Notes under the pieces: model-generated | Database searches by the model: none | Seen by the model: only the letters and a program-made list of their open reading frames with translations | Told to the model about the DNA's origin: nothing | Made by a program: the position numbers and the translations under genes | From: Elainellaceae cyanobacterium | GTDB taxonomy: Bacteria; Cyanobacteriota; Cyanobacteriia; CAKZMO01 | DNA: 64,000 bases | Direction: 5' to 3' | Assembly (NCBI GenBank): GCA_050331615.1 | Contig: JBHJGR010000003.1 | Coordinates: forward strand, 2,515 to 66,514 | Part shown: positions 46,577 through 54,870 of the stretch, piece by piece | How positions within the stretch are numbered: the first letter of the stretch is position 1 | How the letters are laid out: each line of letters opens with the position of its first letter

Positions 46577-47122
46577 ATGGCAGATACTGCAATCAAGAAA
46601 ATCGGTCGGCAAATTCCCGTTCAGCTTGGCGGCACCGAAACCCACTCCAAGAACGTTCTGGGTCCGGTTTCCTTCACCCTCTGCAACCTGCGCATCCGCG
46701 GTCTAGCTGGCGAGCCTGAACTACCTAAGGATGTCGCTCCTGCCCAGTCGCCCTACATCGTGGCTTCCAATGAGCAGTTTGAAGTGAGCGTTGACATCGA
46801 GTTCAACGCCAGCCCGCTTACCCGCCTGCTGCTCTGCCTGGGCACCAAGCTGTCGGTTTGCTTCTCCTTTGAAGGCGTGGGTGCCAAGGCCGTTGAAATC
46901 GACCTGGAAGATACCGACCTGACCCGCAAGGATGTCTTCAAGTACACCCTGACCTGGGAAGGTACGCCGGAAATGGCTGGCCTGACTGCTGGCTTCTACG
47001 GCATCGCTGCCGTTGCCACCATCGGCCCCGTTGAGCATCCCTGCGCACCCAAGTGTGCCTATGGCTTCGGCTACATCGCCGGTCTGCTGTTCCAGGTCTA
47101 CGATGCCTTCGAAGCTCACTAA
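46577..47122 (+). CDS. Tandem paralogue B of the same unrecognised family
   Basis: 181 aa. The ATG has GAGGA 8 nt upstream. Differences from paralogue A cluster in one loop (DTDLTR versus EEMMTSE). Confidence 0.75.
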   Translation: MADTAIKKIGRQIPVQLGGTETHSKNVLGPVSFTLCNLRIRGLAGEPELPKDVAPAQSPYIVASNEQFEVSVDIEFNASPLTRLLLCLGTKLSVCFSFEGVGAKAVEIDLEDTDLTRKDVFKYTLTWEGTPEMAGLTAGFYGIAAVATIGPVEHPCAPKCAYGFGYIAGLLFQVYDAFEAH

Positions 47123-47305
47123 GAGCTGGCGTTGACCAAGAGGCGGGCCACTACTGACCCGCCTCCCATTCGGTAGTGGTCTGACAAGCCTAAGGTAGTG
47201 CATGGGCGATCGCGTCAGTTTTTTGACTGGTGGGCAATGCCCACCCTACGCGATGCAATCTGATGAAGGTGCGTTGGGCTTGCGCCACAACGCACCCTAC
47301 GCGGG

Positions 47306-47352
47306 CCAATCCAAAATCCAAAATCCAAAATCTAAAATCCAAAATCTAAAAT
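47306..47352. repeat. STRR-like heptamer array, CCAAAAT/CTAAAAT x ~6
   Basis: ccaatccaaaatccaaaatccaaaatctaaaatccaaaatctaaaattc. Confidence 0.85.
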
Positions 47353-47409
47353 TCAACAGCTTCCCCAGGGATTATCTAGATTTTGCATCGATAAGCGGGA
47401 GGAACAACG

Positions 47410-48492
47410 ATGAGCATTTCAGGAAACGTCCTAAACGGCAAATACAGCCACAGCATCCAGCTCGATGACCTGACCCAGATCGAAGGAATTGGGCCAGTGC
47501 GTCAACAGTGGTTGCGCACGGTTTTTGATATTCACACCTATGGCGAACTGGCTGACCTGTCGGCGACAGCAATTGAGGCCAAGCTACGTCAGGGGCAGCG
47601 ATCGCTCCCAATTCAGGAAATTGAAAAATGGCTAAAGCAGGCCCGGCAACTGGCATCCCAGGCTGGGCCGGTAGAGGAGAGTCAGCCCCCTGCCGCTCCC
47701 AGCTTGAATGAAAGCGGCGACGGCTGGCAAACCGAGGGCCACTTTACCCTGACGCGGCAGACCCGGCAAGACGGGACGACCCGCATCGTGCTCCACTGTC
47801 AGGAGACGGGGGAGGTGCGCATTTTTGAGGATGGGCAGTGGCAGACGATCGCCCAATGGCTAAACATTCCCCTGGAGGTGGAGGAAGCGGCTCCGTCTTT
47901 TAAGGACGTTGAGGGGGCGATCGCCGCTGAGCCAGAACCAGCTTCGGCATCGACAGAAACTAGCGAGCTGGAGCATGATGCCGGTCTGGATGAGGGCGCT
48001 CAGTGGGAAGGCCAGCACCGTTTCGAAGCAGTCGAGTCCACCCAGGCTGCATCTGCCCCGGAGGCGACAGCGAAGGCTCAGACGCCGCGCCCCATCTCTG
48101 TGCAGATTCGCCAGGTGCGACTGTCCCAGGCGCTGCGGGCAGCAGTGCCGCTGGTGTTCAGTGCTGAGCAGTCCCAGCGCAGCGGGGCAGTGATGGGTCA
48201 GGTGCCCCTGACGGTGCAGATAGGATTTAGTCTGTCGCAGCGGGAAGCGATCGCCCCAGACTTGAGCGGTCACGCCCAGATTTATGCCATGAACCGCTCG
48301 ACGGGCGACCTGCTCAACCTGGGCGAGTTTGGCGACCTGTGCCTCACGTCTATCCGTGGCGGCTACCTGGTTACCCTGCCAGAGGTCCGGTTTGAGGAAG
48401 CGGGAATTTACCACCTGAAGCTTTTGCTGCGCCTGCAGGATTGCCCCACGATTCCGGGATACTTTGAGATTCCTTTGCTCCAGGCCATCTAG
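47410..48492 (+). CDS. Hypothetical protein with an N-terminal helix-hairpin-helix (HhH) motif, an acidic low-complexity linker and a C-terminal beta domain
   Basis: 360 aa. The ATG has GGGAGGAAC upstream. The HhH motif reads LTQIEGIGPVRQQWLRTVFDIHTYGELADL. Confidence 0.55.
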   Translation: MSISGNVLNGKYSHSIQLDDLTQIEGIGPVRQQWLRTVFDIHTYGELADLSATAIEAKLRQGQRSLPIQEIEKWLKQARQLASQAGPVEESQPPAAPSLNESGDGWQTEGHFTLTRQTRQDGTTRIVLHCQETGEVRIFEDGQWQTIAQWLNIPLEVEEAAPSFKDVEGAIAAEPEPASASTETSELEHDAGLDEGAQWEGQHRFEAVESTQAASAPEATAKAQTPRPISVQIRQVRLSQALRAAVPLVFSAEQSQRSGAVMGQVPLTVQIGFSLSQREAIAPDLSGHAQIYAMNRSTGDLLNLGEFGDLCLTSIRGGYLVTLPEVRFEEAGIYHLKLLLRLQDCPTIPGYFEIPLLQAI

Positions 48493-48580
48493 CGGGCGAT
48501 CTTAACGATTCGGGGCCAATTCCAGGGTGGCGGCAGCGGGACACCACCAGTCCTCGCGCCACAGGGTTCCTCCCGGAACC

Positions 48581-48612
48581 AGGGGTACAGCGGCGCTGTA
48601 CCCCTGTTTTTT
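48581..48612 (+). terminator. Rho-independent terminator (AGGGGTACAGCG-GCG-CTGTACCCCT followed by GTTTTTT)
   Basis: A 12-bp GC-rich stem is followed directly by a T6 run. It lies 90 bp after the 47410..48492 stop, with a hairpin family 2 copy at 48624..48647 just beyond it. Confidence 0.65.
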
Positions 48613-48880
48613 CCCCATCGGCAGTAGGGGCAAATGGCTATTTGCCCTGGCGCATCGGGTCCCATCATTAACCGGTAGGAACAACGGCAGCCTTGCTTTG
48701 GTCAGCACACATCCCGGTTTTAGCCGCAAATCTTCCGACTAAAGCAACAAACTTCTCGCCTTAAGCGAGAACGATCTCGCATTAAGCCCCAAGCATCGCC
48801 CTATGAACCTCATTGGCCCAGTGCTGGACCGCACTCCTGGAGCGAAGCACCATTTGCCCCAGGAGCAGACGCGGGTCAGT

Positions 48881-49222
48881 CTAAAGCCGTCCCTGGGGTG
48901 CGAGTTTAACGGCTGTTCCAGTGGCCGTGATCAGCAGCAGCACCCCCGACTCATCGAGGCTGATGGTGCCCGTATCCACCCGCACCCCAATGACGGCATC
49001 TGCCCCCAGACGACCCGCCCGCTGCTCCAGTTCGGCGATCGCTTCCCGCTGCCCCCGCTCAAACACTCGCTCATAGGCTCCGGTGCGTCCGCCAATAATA
49101 TCCCGGATGCCCGCAAAGAAATCCCGCAGGGCATTGCTGCCGTAGACTACCTCGGCGGTGACAATCCCCAAATACTCTGACACCATCGCTCCCTGAACCG
49201 TGCCAGTGGTTGTCTGAATCAT
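48881..49222 (-). CDS. YbjQ/UPF0145-family protein
   Basis: 113 aa from the ATG at 49222, which has a perfect GAGGAGG 6 nt upstream. The sequence MIQTTTGTVQGAMVSEYLGIVTAEVVYGSNALRDFFAGIRDIIGGRTGAYE... is a typical YbjQ. The remainder of the 307-aa track ORF is antisense to the TPR gene and spurious. Confidence 0.8.
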   Translation of the reverse strand: MIQTTTGTVQGAMVSEYLGIVTAEVVYGSNALRDFFAGIRDIIGGRTGAYERVFERGQREAIAELEQRAGRLGADAVIGVRVDTGTISLDESGVLLLITATGTAVKLAPQGRL

Positions 49223-49289
49223 CTCAGCCTCCTCTATCTCGTTGTTTCCGGTTATGGTTTCCTTCTGACCGTACCACTGAGGGAGAGGG

Positions 49290-49334
49290 GGGATTTTGGG
49301 ATTTTGGATTTTGGGATTTTGGATTTTGGATTGG
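49290..49334. repeat. STRR-like heptamer array (GGATTTT/GGGATTTT x ~6; reverse complement of the CCAAAAT family) in a divergent promoter region
   Basis: gggattttgggattttggattttgggattttggattttggattgg. Confidence 0.85.
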
Positions 49335-49432
49335 CTGATCCCAATCATTGGCCAAATGGGTTGGGAACCCGGTATGATTCCCTTTGATGTATTGGTTCCT
49401 TGTGGTGTGTGGTTGTGAATGGTGTTTCTGTT

Positions 49433-50566
49433 ATGGCTTCTATGATGGCTAAGGTTTTGTCTGGGGCGATCGCCCCAAAGCGGGTTCTGTCCAACCTGGT
49501 GATGGTTTTGGGGTTGATGGTGGCGGTGCCGCCGGTGGTTCAAGCGCAGGCATCGCCGCTGGTGGTGGCGCAGAATCCCGATGAGCGGCTGAATGACTTG
49601 CTGCGTCAGGGGCAAGAGCTGGTGGAAGCGGAAAACTTTGGCCAGGCCCTGGCGGTTTACCAGGAGGCGGCTGGCTATGAGCCGGAGAATCCCAAGATCT
49701 TCTCGGGCATTGGCTACCTCCAGGCGCGGCAGGGAGATTTTCAGGCGGCGGTGCGCTCCTACCAGCGGGCGATCGCCCTGGAGGCGGATAACGCCAACTT
49801 TCACTATGCCCTGGCCTACAGTCTGGCCCAGCTCGGCGACTATGCCGGAGCAGCCGAAGCCTATCGCCGCACGACGGAGCTGGATAGCGAAAACGCTGAC
49901 GCTTTTCTGGGGCTGGGGGTGGTCGCCACCGAGCTGCGCGACTATGAGATGGCCCTGGCTGCCTACGAGCGGGTGGCCGAACTGCGGCCCGGCAATGTGG
50001 ACGTGTATGAGTTTATGGGGGCGCTGTTTATCGAGCAGCAGCGCTACGAAGATGCCCTCGCCATTTTGGACCGGGCCGTGGAGATTGCTCCCCGGCGCAG
50101 CAGTATTTACCTAAATCGCGGCGTTGCCTGGATTAATCTGAACGACATTGACGCTGGGCTGGATGCCTTTGAGCGGGCCGCCGAACTGGACCCCACCAAT
50201 GCTCTGGCTTTTCTGCAAATTGGCGATATTCTGCGGGCGCGGGGGGATGCAGGCGGTGCCCTGGCGGCTTACCAGCGGGCCACCTATGTCCAGCCAGAGC
50301 TAGCCGAGGCCCATGCCCTGGTGGGTGACCTGTGGTTTGCCCAGGAGGATTTTCTGCGGGCGGTGATCTCCTACCGGCGGGTGATTGAGCTGTGGCCCAA
50401 TGAACCCCGCGCCTACTACCAGTTGGGGCGATCGCTCCTGGGTCGAGAGCGGCGACAGGAGGCCATTGAGGCGTTTCAGCAGGCCCGTGACCTCTACCAG
50501 CAGCAGGGCAACGCCGATGGCGTCGCGCGGACGGAATCTGTTCTGGAGAATCTGGCGCAGAATTAG
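49433..50566 (+). CDS. Secreted tetratricopeptide-repeat (TPR) protein
   Basis: ATG at 49433 gives the signal peptide MASMMAKVLSGAIAPKRVLSNLVMVLGLMVAVPPVVQAQA; the track TTG is at 49400. It carries at least eight TPR units (AxxYxxAlxLxPxNaxa pattern). Confidence 0.8.
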   Translation: MASMMAKVLSGAIAPKRVLSNLVMVLGLMVAVPPVVQAQASPLVVAQNPDERLNDLLRQGQELVEAENFGQALAVYQEAAGYEPENPKIFSGIGYLQARQGDFQAAVRSYQRAIALEADNANFHYALAYSLAQLGDYAGAAEAYRRTTELDSENADAFLGLGVVATELRDYEMALAAYERVAELRPGNVDVYEFMGALFIEQQRYEDALAILDRAVEIAPRRSSIYLNRGVAWINLNDIDAGLDAFERAAELDPTNALAFLQIGDILRARGDAGGALAAYQRATYVQPELAEAHALVGDLWFAQEDFLRAVISYRRVIELWPNEPRAYYQLGRSLLGRERRQEAIEAFQQARDLYQQQGNADGVARTESVLENLAQN

Positions 50567-50582
50567 TGGTCTGCCAAGACTA

Positions 50583-50620
50583 ATTTTTAGGGTAAATCCC
50601 CTGGGATTTACCCTAAATCT
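50583..50620. terminator. Bidirectional terminator-like element, copy 3 (ATTTTT, then AGGGTAAATCCCCTGGGATTTACCCT, then AAAT)
   Basis: Lies between the convergent TPR gene (ends 50566) and ispD (ends 50638). Confidence 0.55.
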
Positions 50621-50637
50621 TTAACCGTAACGCGGCA

Positions 50638-51342
50638 CTAAGCGGCGGGCGGACCAGCGGGCGATCGCCGCTGGAGGATAAAGGCAGCGATCGCCAAATC
50701 CACTGGCGTGGTCACCTTCAGGTTGGTCTCCTCCCCCGTAACGATCTGCACCGGCAGGTCACACCGCTCAAACAGGGCGGCGTCGTCGGTCACGTCCCAG
50801 CCCTCGGTGCGGCCCCGCTGGTGGCACTGCTTCAGAGTAGCCACGTCAAAGCCCTGGGGGGTCTGGGCGGCCCAGAGGTGGCGGCGATCGGGGGTGTGAG
50901 CCACCTGCTGGGTGTCGGCAGCCACCACTTTTATCGTGTCCTTGACGGGAACGGCGGCAATCAGTCCGGCGCAGGTCATGAGGGCGTCGGCGCAGCGGTC
51001 AAAGAGGTTAGGGGTGGCTAGACAGCGAGCGCCGTCGTGGATGAGTACCCGCTCGGCGTCTGACGGCAGGGCCTGGAGACCGTTGAACACCGATTCCTGG
51101 CGGGTGTCTCCCCCCTGGATGAACTCGACGGGGAGGGCGATCGCCAAATCCTGGAGAATCGTCTTGAAGTCTGGCCAATCTACCGGCTGGCCAATGATGC
51201 CCACCCACTGGATGCGCTCAGCAGCGGCGATCGCCTGGAGCGTCCAGGCCAGCACGGGCTGTCCCAACAGGTCGAGGAGCAGCTTGTTGCGATCGCTGCC
51301 CATGCGGCGGCCCCGTCCGGCGGCTGGAATCAGTAAATGCAC
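50638..51342 (-). CDS. ispD: 2-C-methyl-D-erythritol 4-phosphate cytidylyltransferase
   Basis: 234 aa. The motif LIPAAGRGRRMGSDRNKLLL matches the IspD P-loop. It has a GTG start. Confidence 0.9.
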   Translation of the reverse strand: MHLLIPAAGRGRRMGSDRNKLLLDLLGQPVLAWTLQAIAAAERIQWVGIIGQPVDWPDFKTILQDLAIALPVEFIQGGDTRQESVFNGLQALPSDAERVLIHDGARCLATPNLFDRCADALMTCAGLIAAVPVKDTIKVVAADTQQVAHTPDRRHLWAAQTPQGFDVATLKQCHQRGRTEGWDVTDDAALFERCDLPVQIVTGEETNLKVTTPVDLAIAAFILQRRSPAGPPAA

Positions 51343-51515
51343 AGGTTTTTCCCGCTCAAATCCACACCTGACATCCTATCCCGAATTGGGCCGGGGCCTG
51401 TCAGGTCACTGCCAGGAATTCTGGAGCGATCGCCCCCAATAAAATAATCTTGTTTAACTATTTACTGGCGTATTTCTTCCCCTACAATAAGGGCGACTTC
51501 TAGTAGCAAACTGCC

Positions 51516-52478
51516 ATGCGAATACTGGCTCTTGTCCCCGGTGGGATTGGCGACCAAATCTTGTTTTTCCCGACGCTTGATGACTTGAAGCAAGCCTATC
51601 CGACGGCTGACGTGGATGTTGTCGTTGAACCCCGCTCGAAAGGAGCCTACCGCGTATCCAAGTCGGTCAGCAACGTGATTCCGTTCGACTTTAAGGACCG
51701 CAACAGTCCGGCGGACTGGGCTAATCTGCTGGGAGTGGCGCGCGATCGCTACTATGACATCGTCCTCTCCCTGGGGCAGCGCTGGACAGTGGGGCTGCTG
51801 CTCTGGCTCACGGGTACGCCGGTCCGGGTGGGCTACGCCAGCAGTCTGGGCAACCTGTTCCTGACCAATCCGGTCCCCCTCAATCCCGATCAGTACGCGG
51901 CCCAGATGTACCACGACCTGCTCCAGGGCCTGGGCATCACCACCCCCTGCCCGCCTCTCTCCATCAACCTGCCTCGGGGCGACATCGAGTGGGCAGAAGC
52001 CGAGCAAAAGCGGCTGGGGCTGCCGGGGGGCGGCTATGTGCTAATTCACGGCGGGTCGAGCCAGCTCGCCAAAACCAAGGGCATCGACAAAATCTATCCC
52101 GTAGAGCGCTGGAAGGCAATTATTCAGGACTTCCAGACCCGCCAGCCCGATTTACCCCTGGTGATCGTTCAGGGGCCAGAAGACGGAGACTTTGTGGACA
52201 ATCTTCAGGGCATCGCCCCCAACCTGAAGGTGACCCAGCCCAGCGACGTGGGCAAGCTGGCCGCCATGATCGCCGGGGCTAACCTAATGCTCTGCACCGA
52301 CAGCGCCCCCATGCACCTGGCCGTCGCCCTCCAGGTCTACACCGTCGCCCTATTTGGCCCGACTGACCCGGCGCGGCTCATCCCCAAGAGCGACAAGATT
52401 ATCCCCATCAAGTCCTCCACCGACAGCATGGCGGACATCGCCCCAGAAACGATTCTGCAGAAGGTCTGGGGCGGCTAG
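51516..52478 (+). CDS. Glycosyltransferase family 9 (heptosyltransferase-like)
   Basis: 320 aa with an ATG start. The N-terminal motif ILALVPGGIGDQILFFPTLDDLKQAYPTADVDVVV is GT9-typical. gmhB follows after 3 nt. Confidence 0.8.
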   Translation: MRILALVPGGIGDQILFFPTLDDLKQAYPTADVDVVVEPRSKGAYRVSKSVSNVIPFDFKDRNSPADWANLLGVARDRYYDIVLSLGQRWTVGLLLWLTGTPVRVGYASSLGNLFLTNPVPLNPDQYAAQMYHDLLQGLGITTPCPPLSINLPRGDIEWAEAEQKRLGLPGGGYVLIHGGSSQLAKTKGIDKIYPVERWKAIIQDFQTRQPDLPLVIVQGPEDGDFVDNLQGIAPNLKVTQPSDVGKLAAMIAGANLMLCTDSAPMHLAVALQVYTVALFGPTDPARLIPKSDKIIPIKSSTDSMADIAPETILQKVWGG

Positions 52479-52481
52479 GCC

Positions 52482-53066
52482 ATGCTCAGACCGGCTGTAT
52501 TCCTAGATCGGGACGGCGTCCTGAACGTCGAAGCAGGCTATATCCATCGCGTTGAAGATCTCCACCTGGTGCCGGGAGCCGCCCAGGCCGTGCGCCAGCT
52601 CAACGAGGCGGGCTGGTTTTGCTGTCTGGTATCCAACCAGTCTGGCCCGGCGCGGGGCTACTATCCCGTCAGCCATGTCGAGGCCCTGCACCAGCGCCTC
52701 TGTCGATTACTCCAGGCAGAAGCCGGGGCCAAGCTGGATGCCCTGTACTACTGTCCCTACCTGAGTCCACCAGAGGGGGGCACCGACCCCGAATTCACCC
52801 GCTGGTCCACCTGGCGCAAGCCCAACACCGGCATGCTGGTGGCCGCCGCCTGGGAGCACGACCTGGACCTGCGCCGCAGCGTCATGGTGGGCGACAAGGC
52901 CACCGATGTAGATCTAGCCCACAACGCTGGCTGTCGGGGCATTTTGGTCAAAACTGGCTATGGCGATCGCGTCCTCTCTGGCAGCTACCAGCATCCTACT
53001 CAGCCCGATTACGTGGCCGCCGATCTGGCCGATGCTGTGGACTGGATTTTAGGTTTTGGATTTTAG
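52482..53066 (+). CDS. gmhB: D-glycero-beta-D-manno-heptose-1,7-bisphosphate 7-phosphatase (HAD IIIA, histidinol-phosphatase-like)
   Basis: 194 aa. The HAD motifs are FLDRDGVLN and LVSNQSG...GDKATD. The last codons (GFGF, stop) are encoded by the heptamer array. Confidence 0.8.
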   Translation: MLRPAVFLDRDGVLNVEAGYIHRVEDLHLVPGAAQAVRQLNEAGWFCCLVSNQSGPARGYYPVSHVEALHQRLCRLLQAEAGAKLDALYYCPYLSPPEGGTDPEFTRWSTWRKPNTGMLVAAAWEHDLDLRRSVMVGDKATDVDLAHNAGCRGILVKTGYGDRVLSGSYQHPTQPDYVAADLADAVDWILGFGF

Positions 53067-53087
53067 ATTTTGGATTTTGGATTTTCT
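53045..53087. repeat. STRR-like heptamer array (GGATTTT family) overlapping the gmhB 3' end, followed by a ~45-nt CT-rich tract
   Basis: ggttttggattttagattttggattttggattttctgcc, then cttctgccttcctcctcctgcctcccgcctccc. Confidence 0.8.
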
Positions 53088-53170
53088 GCCTTCTGCCTTC
53101 CTCCTCCTGCCTCCCGCCTCCCTAGCCCAACACGAGATCGTATCCTTATAGTGAACGGTCATGAACGGTC

Positions 53171-54625
53171 GTGAACGGTCGTGAACACCGTCCAGTCATT
53201 GAAACGGAGCGTAGGGCCTTGGCATTTACTGACGACAACAACTCCGCTACTCTCCAGGCCGTCTCGCGGCGCGAACTGCGGGAACTGGTGCGATCGCAGC
53301 TACAGGGGCTCCTGGAGCAGAACAACCTCCAGGGGGCGAAGGCGTTACTGGTGCCAGTGCAGCCTGCCGACATTGCCGAGGCGATTGAAGGGCTGCCGGA
53401 GACGATGCAGGTAATCGCGTTTCGGCTGCTGTCCAAGGCCGAGGCGATCGAGGTCTATGAGTATCTGGACTCCAGCGTACAGCAGTCCCTCCTCGAAAAA
53501 TTCAAGCGGCAGGAAGTCCTCAACATCATGGACCAGATGTCGCCCGACGATCGCGCCCGCCTGTTCGATGAGCTGCCCGCCAAGGTGGTGACCCGTCTAC
53601 TGTCTCAGCTCAGTCACGAGGAGCGGCGGTCCACTGCCCTACTGCTGGGCTATGAGCCAGACACTGCCGGACGCATCATGACGCCAGAGTATGTCTCCCT
53701 GAAGGAGAGCTGGACGGTGGCCCAGGCTCTGGAGCGCATTCGCAGCCTGGCTCACGTCAGTGAAACGATCTATTCCCTCTACGTCACCGACGCGGCCCGC
53801 CACCTCACGGGCATTCTCTCGCTGCGGGACCTGGTGATTGCCCAGCCGGACCAGAACATCGGCGACATTATGGTGCGGGAGTTTGTCCATGTCCAGACCG
53901 ACACCGACCAGGAGGAGGCGGCCCGCCTAATTCAGCGCTACGACTTCCTGGCGCTGCCCGTGGTGGATACGGAGCGGCGGCTGGTGGGCATTGTCACCGT
54001 GGACGACGTGCTCGACATCCTGGAGGAGGAGACGACGGAGGACATTTATACCCTGGGAGGGGTGCAGTCGGGGACCGACAGCTATTTCCAAACGAACCTG
54101 GTGACTGTGGCGCGGCGGCGGGTGGTGTGGCTGTTTATCCTGCTGGTGACTAGCGTGGCTACCAGCGCCGTGATCCGCAGCCAGGAGGTGATTCTCGACC
54201 AGGTAGTGGCCCTGGCGGCGTTTATCCCCCTGTTGATTAGCGCCGGGGGGAACGTGGGAGCCCAATCCTCGACGGTGGTGATTCGCGGACTCAATACCGA
54301 CGAGATTCGCATCGATCGCGCCACGCGGGTGATTCGGCGGGAGGCGATCGCCGGTTCTCTCCTGGGCGTCATGCTGGGCACCGTCGCCATGCTGGTGGCC
54401 TACGTGCTGCAGGGCAATCTGGCGGTTTCGGTGGTGGTGGGGGTCAGCCTCATTGGCATCTCGATTGTGGCGTCTATTGCCGGGTCGGCCCTGCCGTTTT
54501 TGTTCCAGGCCGTAGGCTTCGACCCGGCCCTGATGTCGGCTCCTTTTATCACCACAGCGGTGGACGTGCTGGGAGTGACCATCTACTTAAGCATGGCGCG
54601 ACTGCTGCTATTTGCCCCTGGATAG
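53171..54625 (+). CDS. mgtE: Magnesium transporter MgtE (N-domain, tandem CBS domains, transmembrane domain)
   Basis: 484 aa. It has CBS pairs, and the transmembrane region carries the conserved GNxGAQSSTVVIRGL motif. The start codon lies inside a 10-mer tandem repeat. Confidence 0.9.
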   Translation: MNGREHRPVIETERRALAFTDDNNSATLQAVSRRELRELVRSQLQGLLEQNNLQGAKALLVPVQPADIAEAIEGLPETMQVIAFRLLSKAEAIEVYEYLDSSVQQSLLEKFKRQEVLNIMDQMSPDDRARLFDELPAKVVTRLLSQLSHEERRSTALLLGYEPDTAGRIMTPEYVSLKESWTVAQALERIRSLAHVSETIYSLYVTDAARHLTGILSLRDLVIAQPDQNIGDIMVREFVHVQTDTDQEEAARLIQRYDFLALPVVDTERRLVGIVTVDDVLDILEEETTEDIYTLGGVQSGTDSYFQTNLVTVARRRVVWLFILLVTSVATSAVIRSQEVILDQVVALAAFIPLLISAGGNVGAQSSTVVIRGLNTDEIRIDRATRVIRREAIAGSLLGVMLGTVAMLVAYVLQGNLAVSVVVGVSLIGISIVASIAGSALPFLFQAVGFDPALMSAPFITTAVDVLGVTIYLSMARLLLFAPG

Positions 54626-54870
54626 GATAAATTCCTGGCAGAACTATCGATTTTTCTCTATGCTTTCTCTTAGGGGGAATTCTGCCTCCCGAGCTAGTCT
54701 TAAGGGACCAGATTTATATTTCCCCAGAGCGATAGAGGCGAGCAGTACTGAATCTACGGTAAGAATGAAGTTACATTCTGCCATTAGCCAGATTCATCCG
54801 CCCTCGCGTTCCCAGCTCCTACCCGTCATTGAGCAGACGGGATGCTGGTGCGTTTTCCCAATTCCGTATC

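Noticed and set aside
49223-49804. Upstream 194 codons of the 307-aa minus-strand track ORF
   Set aside because: Only the 3' 113 codons form a YbjQ-family protein, and these have a perfect GAGGAGG ribosome-binding site. The remainder is antisense to the TPR gene and the heptamer array and is His/Arg/Gln-rich nonsense.
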